A stretch of 64,000 nucleotides of DNA from Alphaproteobacteria bacterium (GTDB lineage: Bacteria; Pseudomonadota; Alphaproteobacteria; UBA828): the NCBI GenBank assembly GCA_965214705.1, contig OZ243972.1, forward strand, positions 2,016,001-2,080,000, written 5' to 3'. The position numbers and the translations under genes are program-made. Below the pieces are notes generated by a model. That model worked only from the letters and a program-made list of their open reading frames with translations, had not been told where the DNA came from and made no database searches. Each line of letters opens with the position of its first letter. The stretch's first letter is position 1. Below, in pieces: positions 10,230 to 20,003 of the stretch.

Positions 10230-10937
10230 TCAGGCGCCCAGATAGGCGCGGCGCAGCCGCTCCGAATCCCTGAGCGCGTCGACGGTGCCGCTGAAGCTGA
10301 CCTCACCGCCGGAGATGACGGTCCCGTTGTCGGCGACCCGGAGCGCGAAGTCCGCGTTCTGTTCAGCGACGACAATGGTGAGGCCCAGAGATTTGAGCGC
10401 GCGGAAGGTGTCGACCAACGTGTTGATGATGGCGGGCGCGAGGCCCAGCGTCGGCTCGTCCACCATGAGTAGCCTGGGCTGCGCCATCAAGCCGCGCGCA
10501 ATGGTGAGTTGCTGCTGCTCTCCGCCCGAGAGCGTGCCGCCTGCCTGCCGGGCGCGCTCCTTGAGGATGGGGAACATCGCGTAGTTACGCTCGATCAGCT
10601 CGCGCGTCTTCGCCCGTTCGCGGATGTGCACCGTGGCGCCCACCAGCAGATTGTCGAGCACGCTCATCTCCGGGAAGATGCGCCGCCCCTCGGGCACATG
10701 GGCGATCCCGTCCAGCACGATCCGGTCCGGCGATCGCCGGAGAAGCGACTTCCCTTCGAAGTCGATCTGCCCTGCAAGCGGGCGCATGAGGCCGCTGATC
10801 GCCCGCAGGATCGACGTCTTGCCCGCGCCGTTGGGGCCGAGCAATGCGCAGACTTCCCCCTGATCCACCGACAGGTTGAAACCGCGCACCACGCGGTTCA
10901 CACCGTAGGCGAGCGTCAGGTCGTCGATCGCCAACAT
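10230..10937 (-). CDS. HAAT (Liv) ABC transporter ATP-binding protein, LivF-like
   Basis: GPNGAGKT, HVPEGRRIF, LSGGEQQ, DEPTLGLAP. Confidence 0.92.
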   Translation of the reverse strand: MLAIDDLTLAYGVNRVVRGFNLSVDQGEVCALLGPNGAGKTSILRAISGLMRPLAGQIDFEGKSLLRRSPDRIVLDGIAHVPEGRRIFPEMSVLDNLLVGATVHIRERAKTRELIERNYAMFPILKERARQAGGTLSGGEQQQLTIARGLMAQPRLLMVDEPTLGLAPAIINTLVDTFRALKSLGLTIVVAEQNADFALRVADNGTVISGGEVSFSGTVDALRDSERLRRAYLGA

Positions 10938-10938
10938 C

Positions 10939-11688
10939 TCAGTGCTCGCCGCCGAGATAGATGCTGACCACCTGCTCGTTTGAGCGGATTTCGTCAGGTG
11001 TGCCCGAGACCAGCAGCGCGCCGTGATGCATGACGAACAGGTACTCGCACACGTCCATGACCACTTCCATGTTGTGGTCGATCAAGAGCGTGGTGAGCCC
11101 GCCTCGCTGGCATTCGCGCAGGTGCTCGATCAGGTCGAAGGACTCCTCCCGGCTGAAGCCGGCGAAGGGCTCGTCCAGCAGGAGCACCTTGGGGCCGAGC
11201 GCAAGCGCCTGCGCAATCTCGGCGCGCCGGCGCAGCAGGTGGCTGAGATCGGTCGGCAGGTCGCCGCGCACGGCTTCCAGTTCGAAGAACTCGAGCAGCG
11301 CGTCGCAGCGCACGTCCTCGTCGCCGGTGCAGCCGGGGTAGCTCAAGTCGCGGCCGCCGTGCCGGCCGCCCCAGATCATTGCTGTCCTGATGTTTTCCTT
11401 CACCGACTCTTCGGTGAAGAGGCGGTTCTTCTGGTAGGTGCGGCTGAGGCCGCTGCGCGCGACCTTGTAAGACGGCAGGCGGTGGATCGGCTTCGAGTCC
11501 AGCGTCACCGTGCCCGCATCGGGCGCCGCATGCTTGGTGACGAGGTTGACGAAGGTGGTCTTGCCGGCGCCGTTGGGCCCGATCAGGCCGACCAGCGCGC
11601 CGCGCGGCACGTCGAAGCTCACGTCGCGCACGGCTTCGACGCCGCCGAAGCGCTTGCTCAAGTTGCGGACCTCGAGGATCGCGTCCAT
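10939..11688 (-). CDS. HAAT (Liv) ABC transporter ATP-binding protein, LivG-like
   Basis: KRFGG, GPNGAGKTT, LLLDEP, IDHNM, YLG end. Confidence 0.9.
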   Translation of the reverse strand: MDAILEVRNLSKRFGGVEAVRDVSFDVPRGALVGLIGPNGAGKTTFVNLVTKHAAPDAGTVTLDSKPIHRLPSYKVARSGLSRTYQKNRLFTEESVKENIRTAMIWGGRHGGRDLSYPGCTGDEDVRCDALLEFFELEAVRGDLPTDLSHLLRRRAEIAQALALGPKVLLLDEPFAGFSREESFDLIEHLRECQRGGLTTLLIDHNMEVVMDVCEYLFVMHHGALLVSGTPDEIRSNEQVVSIYLGGEH

Positions 11689-11694
11689 CGGCCG

Positions 11695-12732
11695 CTACTG
11701 TCCCCTCGCGCCGCCGCCGAGCGCCTCGGCCACTCTCTGCCTGATGCCGGCGGACTCGAGGGCGAAGCGCCAGAGCAGATTGGCGCCGCCCCAGAGGCCA
11801 CCGCGGAAGAACAACACCGTGACCACAATCAGGCCGCCGAGGACGATTTGGTTCCACTTGCCGAAATCCTGGATGAACTGATCGAGAACCACCAGGAAGA
11901 CGACTCCGATGGCGGGTCCCAACAGCGTGCCGGAGCCGCCGATGATGACGTAAATCACGTACTGAAAAGAGCTCCAGATGGTGAACGAGCTCGGATCGAT
12001 GGCGATCTGCATGGAGGCATAGAGTGCGCCGGAGAGGCCTGCGAAGCCGGCGGCGAAGACGAAGACAAGCTGCTTGTAGCGGAAGACGTCGAGGCCGCGC
12101 GCAGCCGCAAGGTCCTCGTCCTGGCGGATCGCGCTGAGGGCGCGCCCCACATGGCCGCGCGCGAGCCACCACGAGGAGAACGCCGCGATCACGAGGAAGA
12201 AAAGCACCACGATGAGGAAGCGCGCATTGGTGACGAAGGCGTAGTCGCCGAGCGCGGGCCGCGCAATGCCGGCTGTGCCGTGCGGGCCGCCGGTGAACCA
12301 CTCCCAGCTGTCGAACATGATGTAGAGAAGCTGGCCTACGGCGAGCGTGCCGATGGCGAAGTGGTAGCCGCGCAGCCGGAACAGCGGATAGCTCAGCAGA
12401 TACGCGAGCGCGCAGGTGATGATGATGGCGCAGGGCAGCGCGGCCCAGAAATCGAACTCGAACTGCTGCACCGTAAGCACGCCCACGACATAGGCGCCGA
12501 CGCCGACGAAGCCGCCCTGGCCCATGGCGAGGTAGCCCATGTGGCCCATGAGCAGCCCGAAGGGGATGACCGCGATCATCGCCGTGCCCGCCCCCACGAG
12601 CAGGCGCAGGTGGTAGTTGTTGTCGACCGTCGCCCAGAGGACGCCGAGGAAGGCGAGCAGGACGAGCCAGCCGATCACGGCTCGCGTGCGGCGGTCTCGA
12701 AGCGATATCTGCGGGGCTCGCAAGATCGTCAT
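11695..12732 (-). CDS. HAAT ABC transporter permease, LivM-like
   Basis: RLRGYHFAIGTL, TGGPHG, GRALSAIRQDE, IGGSGTLLGP. Confidence 0.9.
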   Translation of the reverse strand: MTILRAPQISLRDRRTRAVIGWLVLLAFLGVLWATVDNNYHLRLLVGAGTAMIAVIPFGLLMGHMGYLAMGQGGFVGVGAYVVGVLTVQQFEFDFWAALPCAIIITCALAYLLSYPLFRLRGYHFAIGTLAVGQLLYIMFDSWEWFTGGPHGTAGIARPALGDYAFVTNARFLIVVLFFLVIAAFSSWWLARGHVGRALSAIRQDEDLAAARGLDVFRYKQLVFVFAAGFAGLSGALYASMQIAIDPSSFTIWSSFQYVIYVIIGGSGTLLGPAIGVVFLVVLDQFIQDFGKWNQIVLGGLIVVTVLFFRGGLWGGANLLWRFALESAGIRQRVAEALGGGARGQ

Positions 12733-13604
12733 GCGTTGCGGTCCGGCAGACCGAAGAGCCCCTGCGGGCGGATCATCAGAATCGCGAGCAGCACCAGGAA
12801 GGGCACCAAATCGCCGAGCTTGGAGCCGACGTAGAAGACCGTGAGGTTGTAGAGAATACCGAGGATGAGGCCGGCGACGATAGAGCCCGCGATGCTGCCC
12901 ATCCCGCCGAAGATGATGATGACCAGCGCCATGAGCAGGGGCTGGAAGCCCATGTCCGGCCGCACGTTGAACAGCGCGCCGAGCATGGCACCGGCAGCAC
13001 CGCCGAGCGCGCCGCCGAGGAAGAACACGATCGCCGCCACCCGACGCTTCTTGATGCCCATCAGGGCGGCGGTCTCCTCGCCCTGGGCAGTGGCGCGCAT
13101 TGTGCGTCCGAGGTGAGTGCGGTAGACGACGAAATAGAGCAACGCGAACAAGACGAGCGTGATGGCGATGGTGACCAGTCGCGCGCCGTCGATACGGATG
13201 TCGCCTGCCGTCAGCGCCCAGTCCTCTCCCGGCATGGCGATCGGCCGCGCCTCGAAGTCGCCCCAGATGCGGAGCGCCGTGGTACCGAGAACCATGTAGA
13301 GGCCGAGCGATGCCAGCAGCTGGTCGGTCAGCGGGCGGCGCTGGAGGAAGCGGAAGACCGCGTTCTCCAGCACGATGCTGAGCAGCCCCATGACGATCAT
13401 GGCGGCGAAGAAGCCGACGAAGAAATGGGTACCGAGCTGCGTCGCGACCACGTAGGCCACGAAGCCGCCCAGCATGATGAGCTGGCCGTGGGCGAGGTTG
13501 ATGACCCTGTAGACGCCGAAGATGAGGGCGAGGCCCGCCGCCGCGACGGCAAGGTTCATGCCATAGGAGGCGCCGTAGATCAGCTGCTGGGCGAACGCGG
13601 TCAC
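12729..13604 (-). CDS. HAAT ABC transporter permease, LivH-like
   Basis: GLALIFGVYRVINLAHG, GRTMRATAQ, FGGMGSIAG, RPQGLFG. Confidence 0.9.
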   Translation of the reverse strand: MTAFAQQLIYGASYGMNLAVAAAGLALIFGVYRVINLAHGQLIMLGGFVAYVVATQLGTHFFVGFFAAMIVMGLLSIVLENAVFRFLQRRPLTDQLLASLGLYMVLGTTALRIWGDFEARPIAMPGEDWALTAGDIRIDGARLVTIAITLVLFALLYFVVYRTHLGRTMRATAQGEETAALMGIKKRRVAAIVFFLGGALGGAAGAMLGALFNVRPDMGFQPLLMALVIIIFGGMGSIAGSIVAGLILGILYNLTVFYVGSKLGDLVPFLVLLAILMIRPQGLFGLPDRNA

Positions 13605-13742
13605 AGCCGAGGCCGCTCCGGCTGCGCGTCAGCGCCCAGCGATTGAGGGCAAAAGAGAGGCGGCGCGCACCCTCCCGGGCAGGTGCCGCCCCAGCGTCTG
13701 CTCAACCTGCGGAATCCGGCCTAAACCGTCCCCGCGGCGGAG

Positions 13743-15122
13743 TTATTTCGGCAACTTGTCGCCGTACACGTACGGCCCGTAGAAGAGCTCGTCGCGATAA
13801 CTGATGCCGGTGTACCAGACCTTCTCGTCTGCGACGCCGATGATGTACTCGGTCGCGAAGAGCTGGCCGGTTTTCTCGCCGGTATCGGGCCGGGTGAAGA
13901 ACTCGTTTGTCGGACCGCGCAGGCCGTTGATCTTCAGGTTGCGCCAGGCTTCCACGATCTTGTCGTTGTCGGTGTGGTCGCCCGAGGCCTGCACGCCGTA
14001 GAGGAACCAGATGGCGGCGTCGTAGGCGCCGCGATCGAACGGGCTCGAGTTCCCGACCTCAGTCTCGCCGTACTTCGCGTTGTAGATCGGCACGTATTTC
14101 TCGACGCGCGCTAGCGTGGCTTCGTCCTGCGCCGGGTTGTGCTCTTGCCAGCCCCAGACGTAACCTGACGACATGTTGATGCCTTGATCCTTGGCCACGT
14201 CGACGAAGATCTGGAGCATCAGCACGTCGTTGCCCAGCAGGATGATCTCGCCGGTCTCGTAGTTGAGCCCCTGCTTCTTCATCTCATTCATGATCGCCAG
14301 CATGTCGGGGAAGATGTAGGCGTCCATCAGGACGATGTCGGGGTCCTGTTCCGCGAGCTTGGCGACGTGGGGCGCGAAGTCCGTGGTGCCGAAGGGATAG
14401 AGCACCGCCCAGTCGTGCTGGTACTCGTACCGGCCGCCGCCCTTCTCCACCGCTTCCTGCCAGCCGATGGAGCCGTGCACGGTGTAGAGCTCGTTGCGGC
14501 CGATGAAGCCGAGCTTCTTGCGCCCATCGAAGAGGGCGGGATCGATACCGTGCTCCGCCAGCCTCTCGGGCGATTCGTGAATGAACTCGCCCATGGCGTG
14601 CTTCTCGATCACGCCGGTGTCGGTGATGTCGTGGCCGTACTTGCGGCCTACGGTCATCGCCGGGCTCGAGCAGATCGCGCAGATGCTGATGATCCCTTGC
14701 GGATCGAGGATCGACGCGGCCGACAGCAGCGCCGAATTCATCCGGGGGCCCCAGATGGCGCGGGCTTCGTCCTGCTCGACCAGGCGGATGACGGCGTCGA
14801 TCGACTTCTTGTCTTCGGAGACGTCGTCATAGGCCGTCCACTCGATGGGGATGACCTTGTCGCCGATCTTGAGGCCGCCGCCCTCGCACGGCTGCGGTGG
14901 TACGGCTTCGACGATGCAGTCGCCCTTCATGAACTGCTCGACGGCGAGCCTCACGGCTGCTTCCTCGAAGAGCCCCAGGAACGAAGCCGGACCCGACAGC
15001 GTGAAGACGCCGCCAAACTTGAAGGTGTCTTCCGCCTTGGCCAGTTGCGGGCCGGCCACGAGCCCCGCACAGAGCGCCGCACCCAGCAGCCCTGCCCGAA
15101 TTACGCCAAAGGATGATGCCAT
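13743..15122 (-). CDS. HAAT ABC transporter substrate-binding protein (divergent LivK-like)
   Basis: Signal peptide, FKFGGVFTLSGPASFLG, GTTDFAPHVAKL; first gene of the liv-type operon. Confidence 0.8.
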   Translation of the reverse strand: MASSFGVIRAGLLGAALCAGLVAGPQLAKAEDTFKFGGVFTLSGPASFLGLFEEAAVRLAVEQFMKGDCIVEAVPPQPCEGGGLKIGDKVIPIEWTAYDDVSEDKKSIDAVIRLVEQDEARAIWGPRMNSALLSAASILDPQGIISICAICSSPAMTVGRKYGHDITDTGVIEKHAMGEFIHESPERLAEHGIDPALFDGRKKLGFIGRNELYTVHGSIGWQEAVEKGGGRYEYQHDWAVLYPFGTTDFAPHVAKLAEQDPDIVLMDAYIFPDMLAIMNEMKKQGLNYETGEIILLGNDVLMLQIFVDVAKDQGINMSSGYVWGWQEHNPAQDEATLARVEKYVPIYNAKYGETEVGNSSPFDRGAYDAAIWFLYGVQASGDHTDNDKIVEAWRNLKINGLRGPTNEFFTRPDTGEKTGQLFATEYIIGVADEKVWYTGISYRDELFYGPYVYGDKLPK

Positions 15123-15183
15123 CTCCCTCTCCCTAAGTTCCGCGCTGTGCGCGCCACGATAAACCGCTCAAATTCGGTTCCGG

Positions 15184-15212
15184 AGTATGGTGAGCGCCCC
15201 AAATGGTGTCAA
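15184..15212 (-). promoter_or_regulatory. sigma70-type promoter for the Liv-type operon
   Basis: Minus strand TTGACA-17 bp-CATACT, ~60 bp upstream of the start at 15122. Confidence 0.6.
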
Positions 15213-15224
15213 ACGACGCTCCGG

Positions 15225-16013
15225 TCACAAGCCGAACGCCTCGGTCAGGGGACCGCGCCACCCGTGATTGGTCATGTCCAGTTGGATCGGAGTCACCGAT
15301 ATGGCGTTCTCGTGGATCGCATGGAGATCGGTCCCGGGGTGTTTGCCCCCGTCCTTGTAGCTGATCTCGACCCAGAAATAGGGCACGTGGCGCGTGTCGA
15401 TCCGCCCGTCGATGGTGAAGGAGCCCGGCGGACGCTGCCCCTGCGTCGTGATATGGACACCGCTCACCGCTTCCGGTGGCGCATCCGGGAAGTTGACGTT
15501 GACCAGCGTGCCCGAGGGCCAGTCCGGCAGGCGCACGAGGGTCTCGATCACGTCAGGCGCGAAGGCTTCCGCCGTGGCCCAGAGCGCTTCGCCCCCCATG
15601 GTGAACACTTGGCTGAGCGCGATCGAGGGGATGCCGAGCAGAGTTCCCTCCATCGCCGCGGCGATGGTGCCCGAATAGGTCATATCCTCCGCGAGGTTCG
15701 CGCCGCGATTGACGCCGGAGAGCAGGACCGTGGGCGGGCTTTCGGTCATCAGTTCGTGGATCGCCATCAGCGCGCAGTCGGTGGGCGTGCCGTGCACCGC
15801 ATAGCGCTTCTCCCCGATCTGGCGCAGGCGGATCGGCGTGTGCATCGAAATGGAATGGCCGGCGCCGCTCCGCTCGTGATCCGGGGCGACGACCCAGACG
15901 TCGTCCGTCAGGCTTCGCGCGGTCGCCTCGAGTATCTTGAGTCCCCTGGCGTGGATGCCGTCGTCGTTGGTGACGAGGATGCGGTGGTGGGAGAGATCGC
16001 TCTCCGCTGCCAT
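15225..16013 (-). CDS. surE: 5'/3'-nucleotidase SurE family phosphatase
   Basis: RILVTNDDG, SGAGHS, GTPTDC, SGVNRGAN, YSGT, NVNFP, ISVTPI. Confidence 0.92.
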   Translation of the reverse strand: MAAESDLSHHRILVTNDDGIHARGLKILEATARSLTDDVWVVAPDHERSGAGHSISMHTPIRLRQIGEKRYAVHGTPTDCALMAIHELMTESPPTVLLSGVNRGANLAEDMTYSGTIAAAMEGTLLGIPSIALSQVFTMGGEALWATAEAFAPDVIETLVRLPDWPSGTLVNVNFPDAPPEAVSGVHITTQGQRPPGSFTIDGRIDTRHVPYFWVEISYKDGGKHPGTDLHAIHENAISVTPIQLDMTNHGWRGPLTEAFGL

Positions 16014-16159
16014 GGCGGGGGTCCTTTGGGCGCTCGTGTCAGGGGCCGCAGTCTCTTCGGGGCGTCCGTCGGGTGCAAGATCGATAGCCAGATTGACAGC
16101 CGAGAGGCCAATCCGCATGTTGGCGCCTCCGTTCCGGCGAGCCTGCCCTGGGGGAAAGT

Positions 16160-16912
16160 GTGGCCAAGCTTTACGTGGACACGGACAAGTACGGCGACCA
16201 GGCACACTCGCCCACCGTCGAGGCCTTCCACAGCGCGATCAAAGACCTGGTAAGGCGCCGCCTCGACGAGAGCGGGGTCGACTGGAACAGCTTCGTCTTC
16301 GACAAGTCCTACGATCTCATCACCGCGGCCGATTTCGAGGAAATCGAGAGGAAACTGCTCGACGCCGGGCACCGCTACGACTTCTCGGCCGTGATCTCGG
16401 TGAACGAGCGGCCCGAGGCCTACAAGCCCGCCGAAGGCATCCTGGGCGACGACCCTGACTGGACCATGGAGCATCCGGACGCGCCCTCCGGCGAAGCCGA
16501 TGCGGAGGGCCGCGCGCTCTGCGGCGTCGGTGACAACGTGATGCGCGTCTCCGAGAATACCGTGGGCACCGCGCGCTACGTCCGTTCCAGCAGCCAGGTC
16601 ATGCACTACCTCGGCGACGGCGTGCCGCCGGAGACCATCGCCATCATCGACGACTCCGGCGGCACACTGACGGCGCCGATCCTGGAGCAATTCACCGGCA
16701 TCATCTGCATGGGCGGTACCGTGCGCTCCCATCTCGGCATCTTGTCGCGGGAATACGGCATTCCCTGCTTCATGAACGCCAAGATCACCGGGATCAAAGA
16801 GGGCCAGCGGGTGGAGATGGAAACGGCGGCGGCGGCCAAGACGGCTGAGGCCTACCAGAAGGGCGAGGAGATGACCGCCAACATCTGGAAGCTGGTCCGG
16901 GAGGCTTCGTGA
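16160..16912 (+). CDS. protein with a C-terminal PEP-utilising phospho-histidine swivel (mobile) domain
   Basis: GIICMGGTVRSHLGILSREYGIPC matches the GGxxSHxAIxxRExGIP motif; N-terminal ~110 aa unrecognised. Confidence 0.75.
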   Translation: MAKLYVDTDKYGDQAHSPTVEAFHSAIKDLVRRRLDESGVDWNSFVFDKSYDLITAADFEEIERKLLDAGHRYDFSAVISVNERPEAYKPAEGILGDDPDWTMEHPDAPSGEADAEGRALCGVGDNVMRVSENTVGTARYVRSSSQVMHYLGDGVPPETIAIIDDSGGTLTAPILEQFTGIICMGGTVRSHLGILSREYGIPCFMNAKITGIKEGQRVEMETAAAAKTAEAYQKGEEMTANIWKLVREAS

Positions 16913-18465
16913 TGGTCGGCGCGCCTCGCCTCTCCTACGCCCAGCTGCTGGAAACCAACAACCTCCTGCAAACCTTCACGGACGAGACCTACTGGCTCTG
17001 CGTCACGCGCACCGTGCAGGAATCGAAGCTCTTCCCGGTGCCGCCCTACATGCTGCTCTCGTACCTCAACGCGTTCTACCGCTATCCCTCGCTCTTGCGG
17101 AAAGTGGAGAGCGTGATGACGGCGGAAGAGATCGGCGACCGCGCCCGAGCAGGGCGCCCGCCCGGCAAGAGCGCCATGGGCTGGGGGATGCCGGGCTTCT
17201 ACCTGCTCGGCCGCGAGTGGCTCATCAACATGGGCCTGCTGCGCCCGCAGGACGCTGCCGAGGACGTCGTCTACCTGATGGATTTCTGGAAGCGCCTGCA
17301 GCTTTCCTGGCACCGCAACGACGGCCACATCACCAACAAGGAGTTCGGCCACCGCTGCCAGGTCCTGCCTGAGCGCAGGCTTCAGGTGTTTGAGTCCGAC
17401 GCCTACGGCTGCGAGGCAGGCGATCCGCTGCACAGCGCGGCGACGCAGTTCATGGCTTCTGCGGCGCAATACGGATTTCTCGTGAGCTGCGAGAGCCGCA
17501 TCAGCCTGCTCAATACCGGGCCCTACAAGCTGGCCGACGGCAACGAGATGATCGTCCGCGAATTCATGGACCTCGGCGAAGGCGACTTTCCCTGGCTCGA
17601 CGACGTGGCGGCCGACATCCCCTACAACAATCTCACCGTCCCGATGCTGGTGAAGGACTGCCACTTCTACTTGGTCGACGACTGGGGAAGCTTCGAATCC
17701 GAGCCCGAGTTCCGGGCCGAAAACATCGTCGGCGTCGGCCTCTACACCTCCGACCCGCTCACCGACGGGCACATTCCGGTGGGAATGGAGAGTCGTGAGG
17801 CCCTGACCGAGACCTTCCGCACGCTGGACGGGCTCTTCAAGGAGGCGACGGCGCGGCTCTGGAAGCGCATCGCGGGCTGGAGCCGCGACCAGATGCTCGA
17901 CGCGGGCGCGCTCACCTATTTCGGCATCTGCAAGGACCTCGCCCACGTCGCGGGCGTCTACGCCCAAGAGGACTGGATGCTGATCGACGAGCGCGCCGAG
18001 CGCTTCCGCCCCCTGCTCAACGACGAGTTCAGCCGCGACTGCCTGGGCGAGCTGGTCGGGCTGCTGACGCTGCCCAGCCATCGTCTGTCCTCCTACAGCA
18101 TGATGCAGCATGGCAATGGCCCAACCCGCATGTACACACCGATCCCCTACGCGGTCCTGGACGGCGAGGATTACGTGCCCACCTGCGGCCCGGTCTATCC
18201 AGGTGCCACCACGCTTCCGGCCAAGGCCGACCGCTACTGCACCAGCCAGGGCGTGTTGACGCTGGAGGAGTACAACGCGCGGGTTCGCGCCTTCACACCC
18301 CAATCCGGCCGGTATCGTTTCCTGGACGAGACCTGGCTCAAGTACAACCACGACACAGCGCGGGCGGACGAGATGTACCGGCACGAGCAGGAGCGAGCGC
18401 GGAAGCTCCAGGGTCGCGGGGCCTCGCTCGGCGCTGCGGAGCTGGCGGCGCTCCCCCGCGACTAG
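16909..18465 (+). CDS. hypothetical protein (518 aa, soluble)
   Basis: Long ORF with host-like codon usage, GTGA overlap with the upstream gene; no family recognised. Confidence 0.8.
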   Translation: MMVGAPRLSYAQLLETNNLLQTFTDETYWLCVTRTVQESKLFPVPPYMLLSYLNAFYRYPSLLRKVESVMTAEEIGDRARAGRPPGKSAMGWGMPGFYLLGREWLINMGLLRPQDAAEDVVYLMDFWKRLQLSWHRNDGHITNKEFGHRCQVLPERRLQVFESDAYGCEAGDPLHSAATQFMASAAQYGFLVSCESRISLLNTGPYKLADGNEMIVREFMDLGEGDFPWLDDVAADIPYNNLTVPMLVKDCHFYLVDDWGSFESEPEFRAENIVGVGLYTSDPLTDGHIPVGMESREALTETFRTLDGLFKEATARLWKRIAGWSRDQMLDAGALTYFGICKDLAHVAGVYAQEDWMLIDERAERFRPLLNDEFSRDCLGELVGLLTLPSHRLSSYSMMQHGNGPTRMYTPIPYAVLDGEDYVPTCGPVYPGATTLPAKADRYCTSQGVLTLEEYNARVRAFTPQSGRYRFLDETWLKYNHDTARADEMYRHEQERARKLQGRGASLGAAELAALPRD

Positions 18466-18506
18466 GCGCGCGCGCCTCTCCCCACGCATCCGGACGACCT
18501 GACCTC

Positions 18507-20000
18507 ATGCAGATCGGTGAGTACATCCGGCGCGCAGCGCAGATGTTCGGCCAGGCGCCGGCGCTGACAGAGGGCACACGCACGCTGAGCTTCCGCGAGT
18601 TCGATGCGGCGACGGACCGGCTCGGCAACGCGCTGCTGGCGCAAGGCTTCGAGCCGGGTGACCGCGTCGGCGTGCTGCTGCCCAACGGGATCGATTGCCT
18701 GATCGCATACTACGCCCTCGCCAAGTCGGACCTCGTGCGGGTCTCGCTCAACGTCCGCGAGACAGCGGCGGATCACCGCTACAAGCTCGGCGACAGCGGT
18801 GCGCGCGGCCTCATCCACGACGATGTCGACGGCGCCGAGGGCTTCGGCGCGCCGATGGTCTACGGCACCCATGCGTTGCGCCGTCTCATCGACGACGGGC
18901 CGGCCGGTGCCTGCCGCGTGGACCGCGACCTTGAGGCCCCCTTTCGCCTGGGCTTTACCGGCGGAACCACCGGCGCGCCCAAGGCGGTCACGCTGACCAC
19001 GCTGGGCGAGACCGCGGAGCTCGCGGCCTTTCTCATGGACCTGGTGCCTGATCTCGCACCGGGCGACCGCTTCCTCCACGCCGCTCCCATCGCGCACGCA
19101 TCAGGCGCCTTCTTCCTGCCCTCCCTGGTGCGGGGCGTGCACCAGCTAATCATGCCGCACTTCAACGCCGCCGGCCTCATCGCCATGGCGGCGCAGGCGC
19201 GCGCGACCCACACGTTTCTGGTGCCGACCATGCTGGCCATGATCATGGAGGAGCCCGCGCTGGAGACCGCCGACCTCGGCTTCAAGCGCATCTGCTACGG
19301 CGCCTCGCCGATCGCGCCGAGCCTCTTGGAGCGTGCCATGGCTCGTTTTGGACCGGTCTTCGCCCAGACTTACGGCCAGGCGGAATCCCCCATGGTGATC
19401 ACCTTCCTCCGGCCGGAAGACCACGACCGCGTGGGCTCGTGCGGGCGGCCCTATACCACCGTCGACGTGGCAATCTTCGACGATGACGACAGGCCGGTGC
19501 CCGCCGGCGAGCAGGGCGAGATCGTCTGCCGCGGCACCCAGCTCATGGCCCGTTACTGGAACCGCCCGGAAGAGACCGCCAAGGCTTTCCGCAACGGTTG
19601 GCTCCATACCGGCGACATCGGTCGCATGGACCAGGACGGCTTCGTCTACATACTTGATCGCAAGAACGACATGCTCATCAGCGGCGGCTACAACGTCTAT
19701 CCCCGCGAGATCGAGGATGTGCTGCTGGCCCACGAAGGCGTCGTCGAGGCTGCGGTCGTAGGCTTGCCGGACGAAAAATGGGGCGACCGCGTCCACGCCG
19801 TGGTCGCCGGACGGCCCGGCCTGGACCCGGAGACGGTGCGGCAGTTCTGCCGCGAGAGACTCGCCGGCTACAAGTGCCCGAAGAGCGTCGAGATCTGGAA
19901 CGCGCTGCCCAAGAGCGGGGCCGGCAAGCTCCTGCGTCGCGCGGTGCGCGACCGCGTTATCGCCTCCGCCGACGCAACGCCTGAGCGGCAGAGTGCCTGA
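18507..20000 (+). CDS. acyl-CoA synthetase / AMP-binding enzyme
   Basis: FTGGTTGAPK, YGQAE, GWLHTGD, DRKNDM, LPKSGAGK. Confidence 0.92.
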   Translation: MQIGEYIRRAAQMFGQAPALTEGTRTLSFREFDAATDRLGNALLAQGFEPGDRVGVLLPNGIDCLIAYYALAKSDLVRVSLNVRETAADHRYKLGDSGARGLIHDDVDGAEGFGAPMVYGTHALRRLIDDGPAGACRVDRDLEAPFRLGFTGGTTGAPKAVTLTTLGETAELAAFLMDLVPDLAPGDRFLHAAPIAHASGAFFLPSLVRGVHQLIMPHFNAAGLIAMAAQARATHTFLVPTMLAMIMEEPALETADLGFKRICYGASPIAPSLLERAMARFGPVFAQTYGQAESPMVITFLRPEDHDRVGSCGRPYTTVDVAIFDDDDRPVPAGEQGEIVCRGTQLMARYWNRPEETAKAFRNGWLHTGDIGRMDQDGFVYILDRKNDMLISGGYNVYPREIEDVLLAHEGVVEAAVVGLPDEKWGDRVHAVVAGRPGLDPETVRQFCRERLAGYKCPKSVEIWNALPKSGAGKLLRRAVRDRVIASADATPERQSA

Positions 20001-20003
20001 GCA

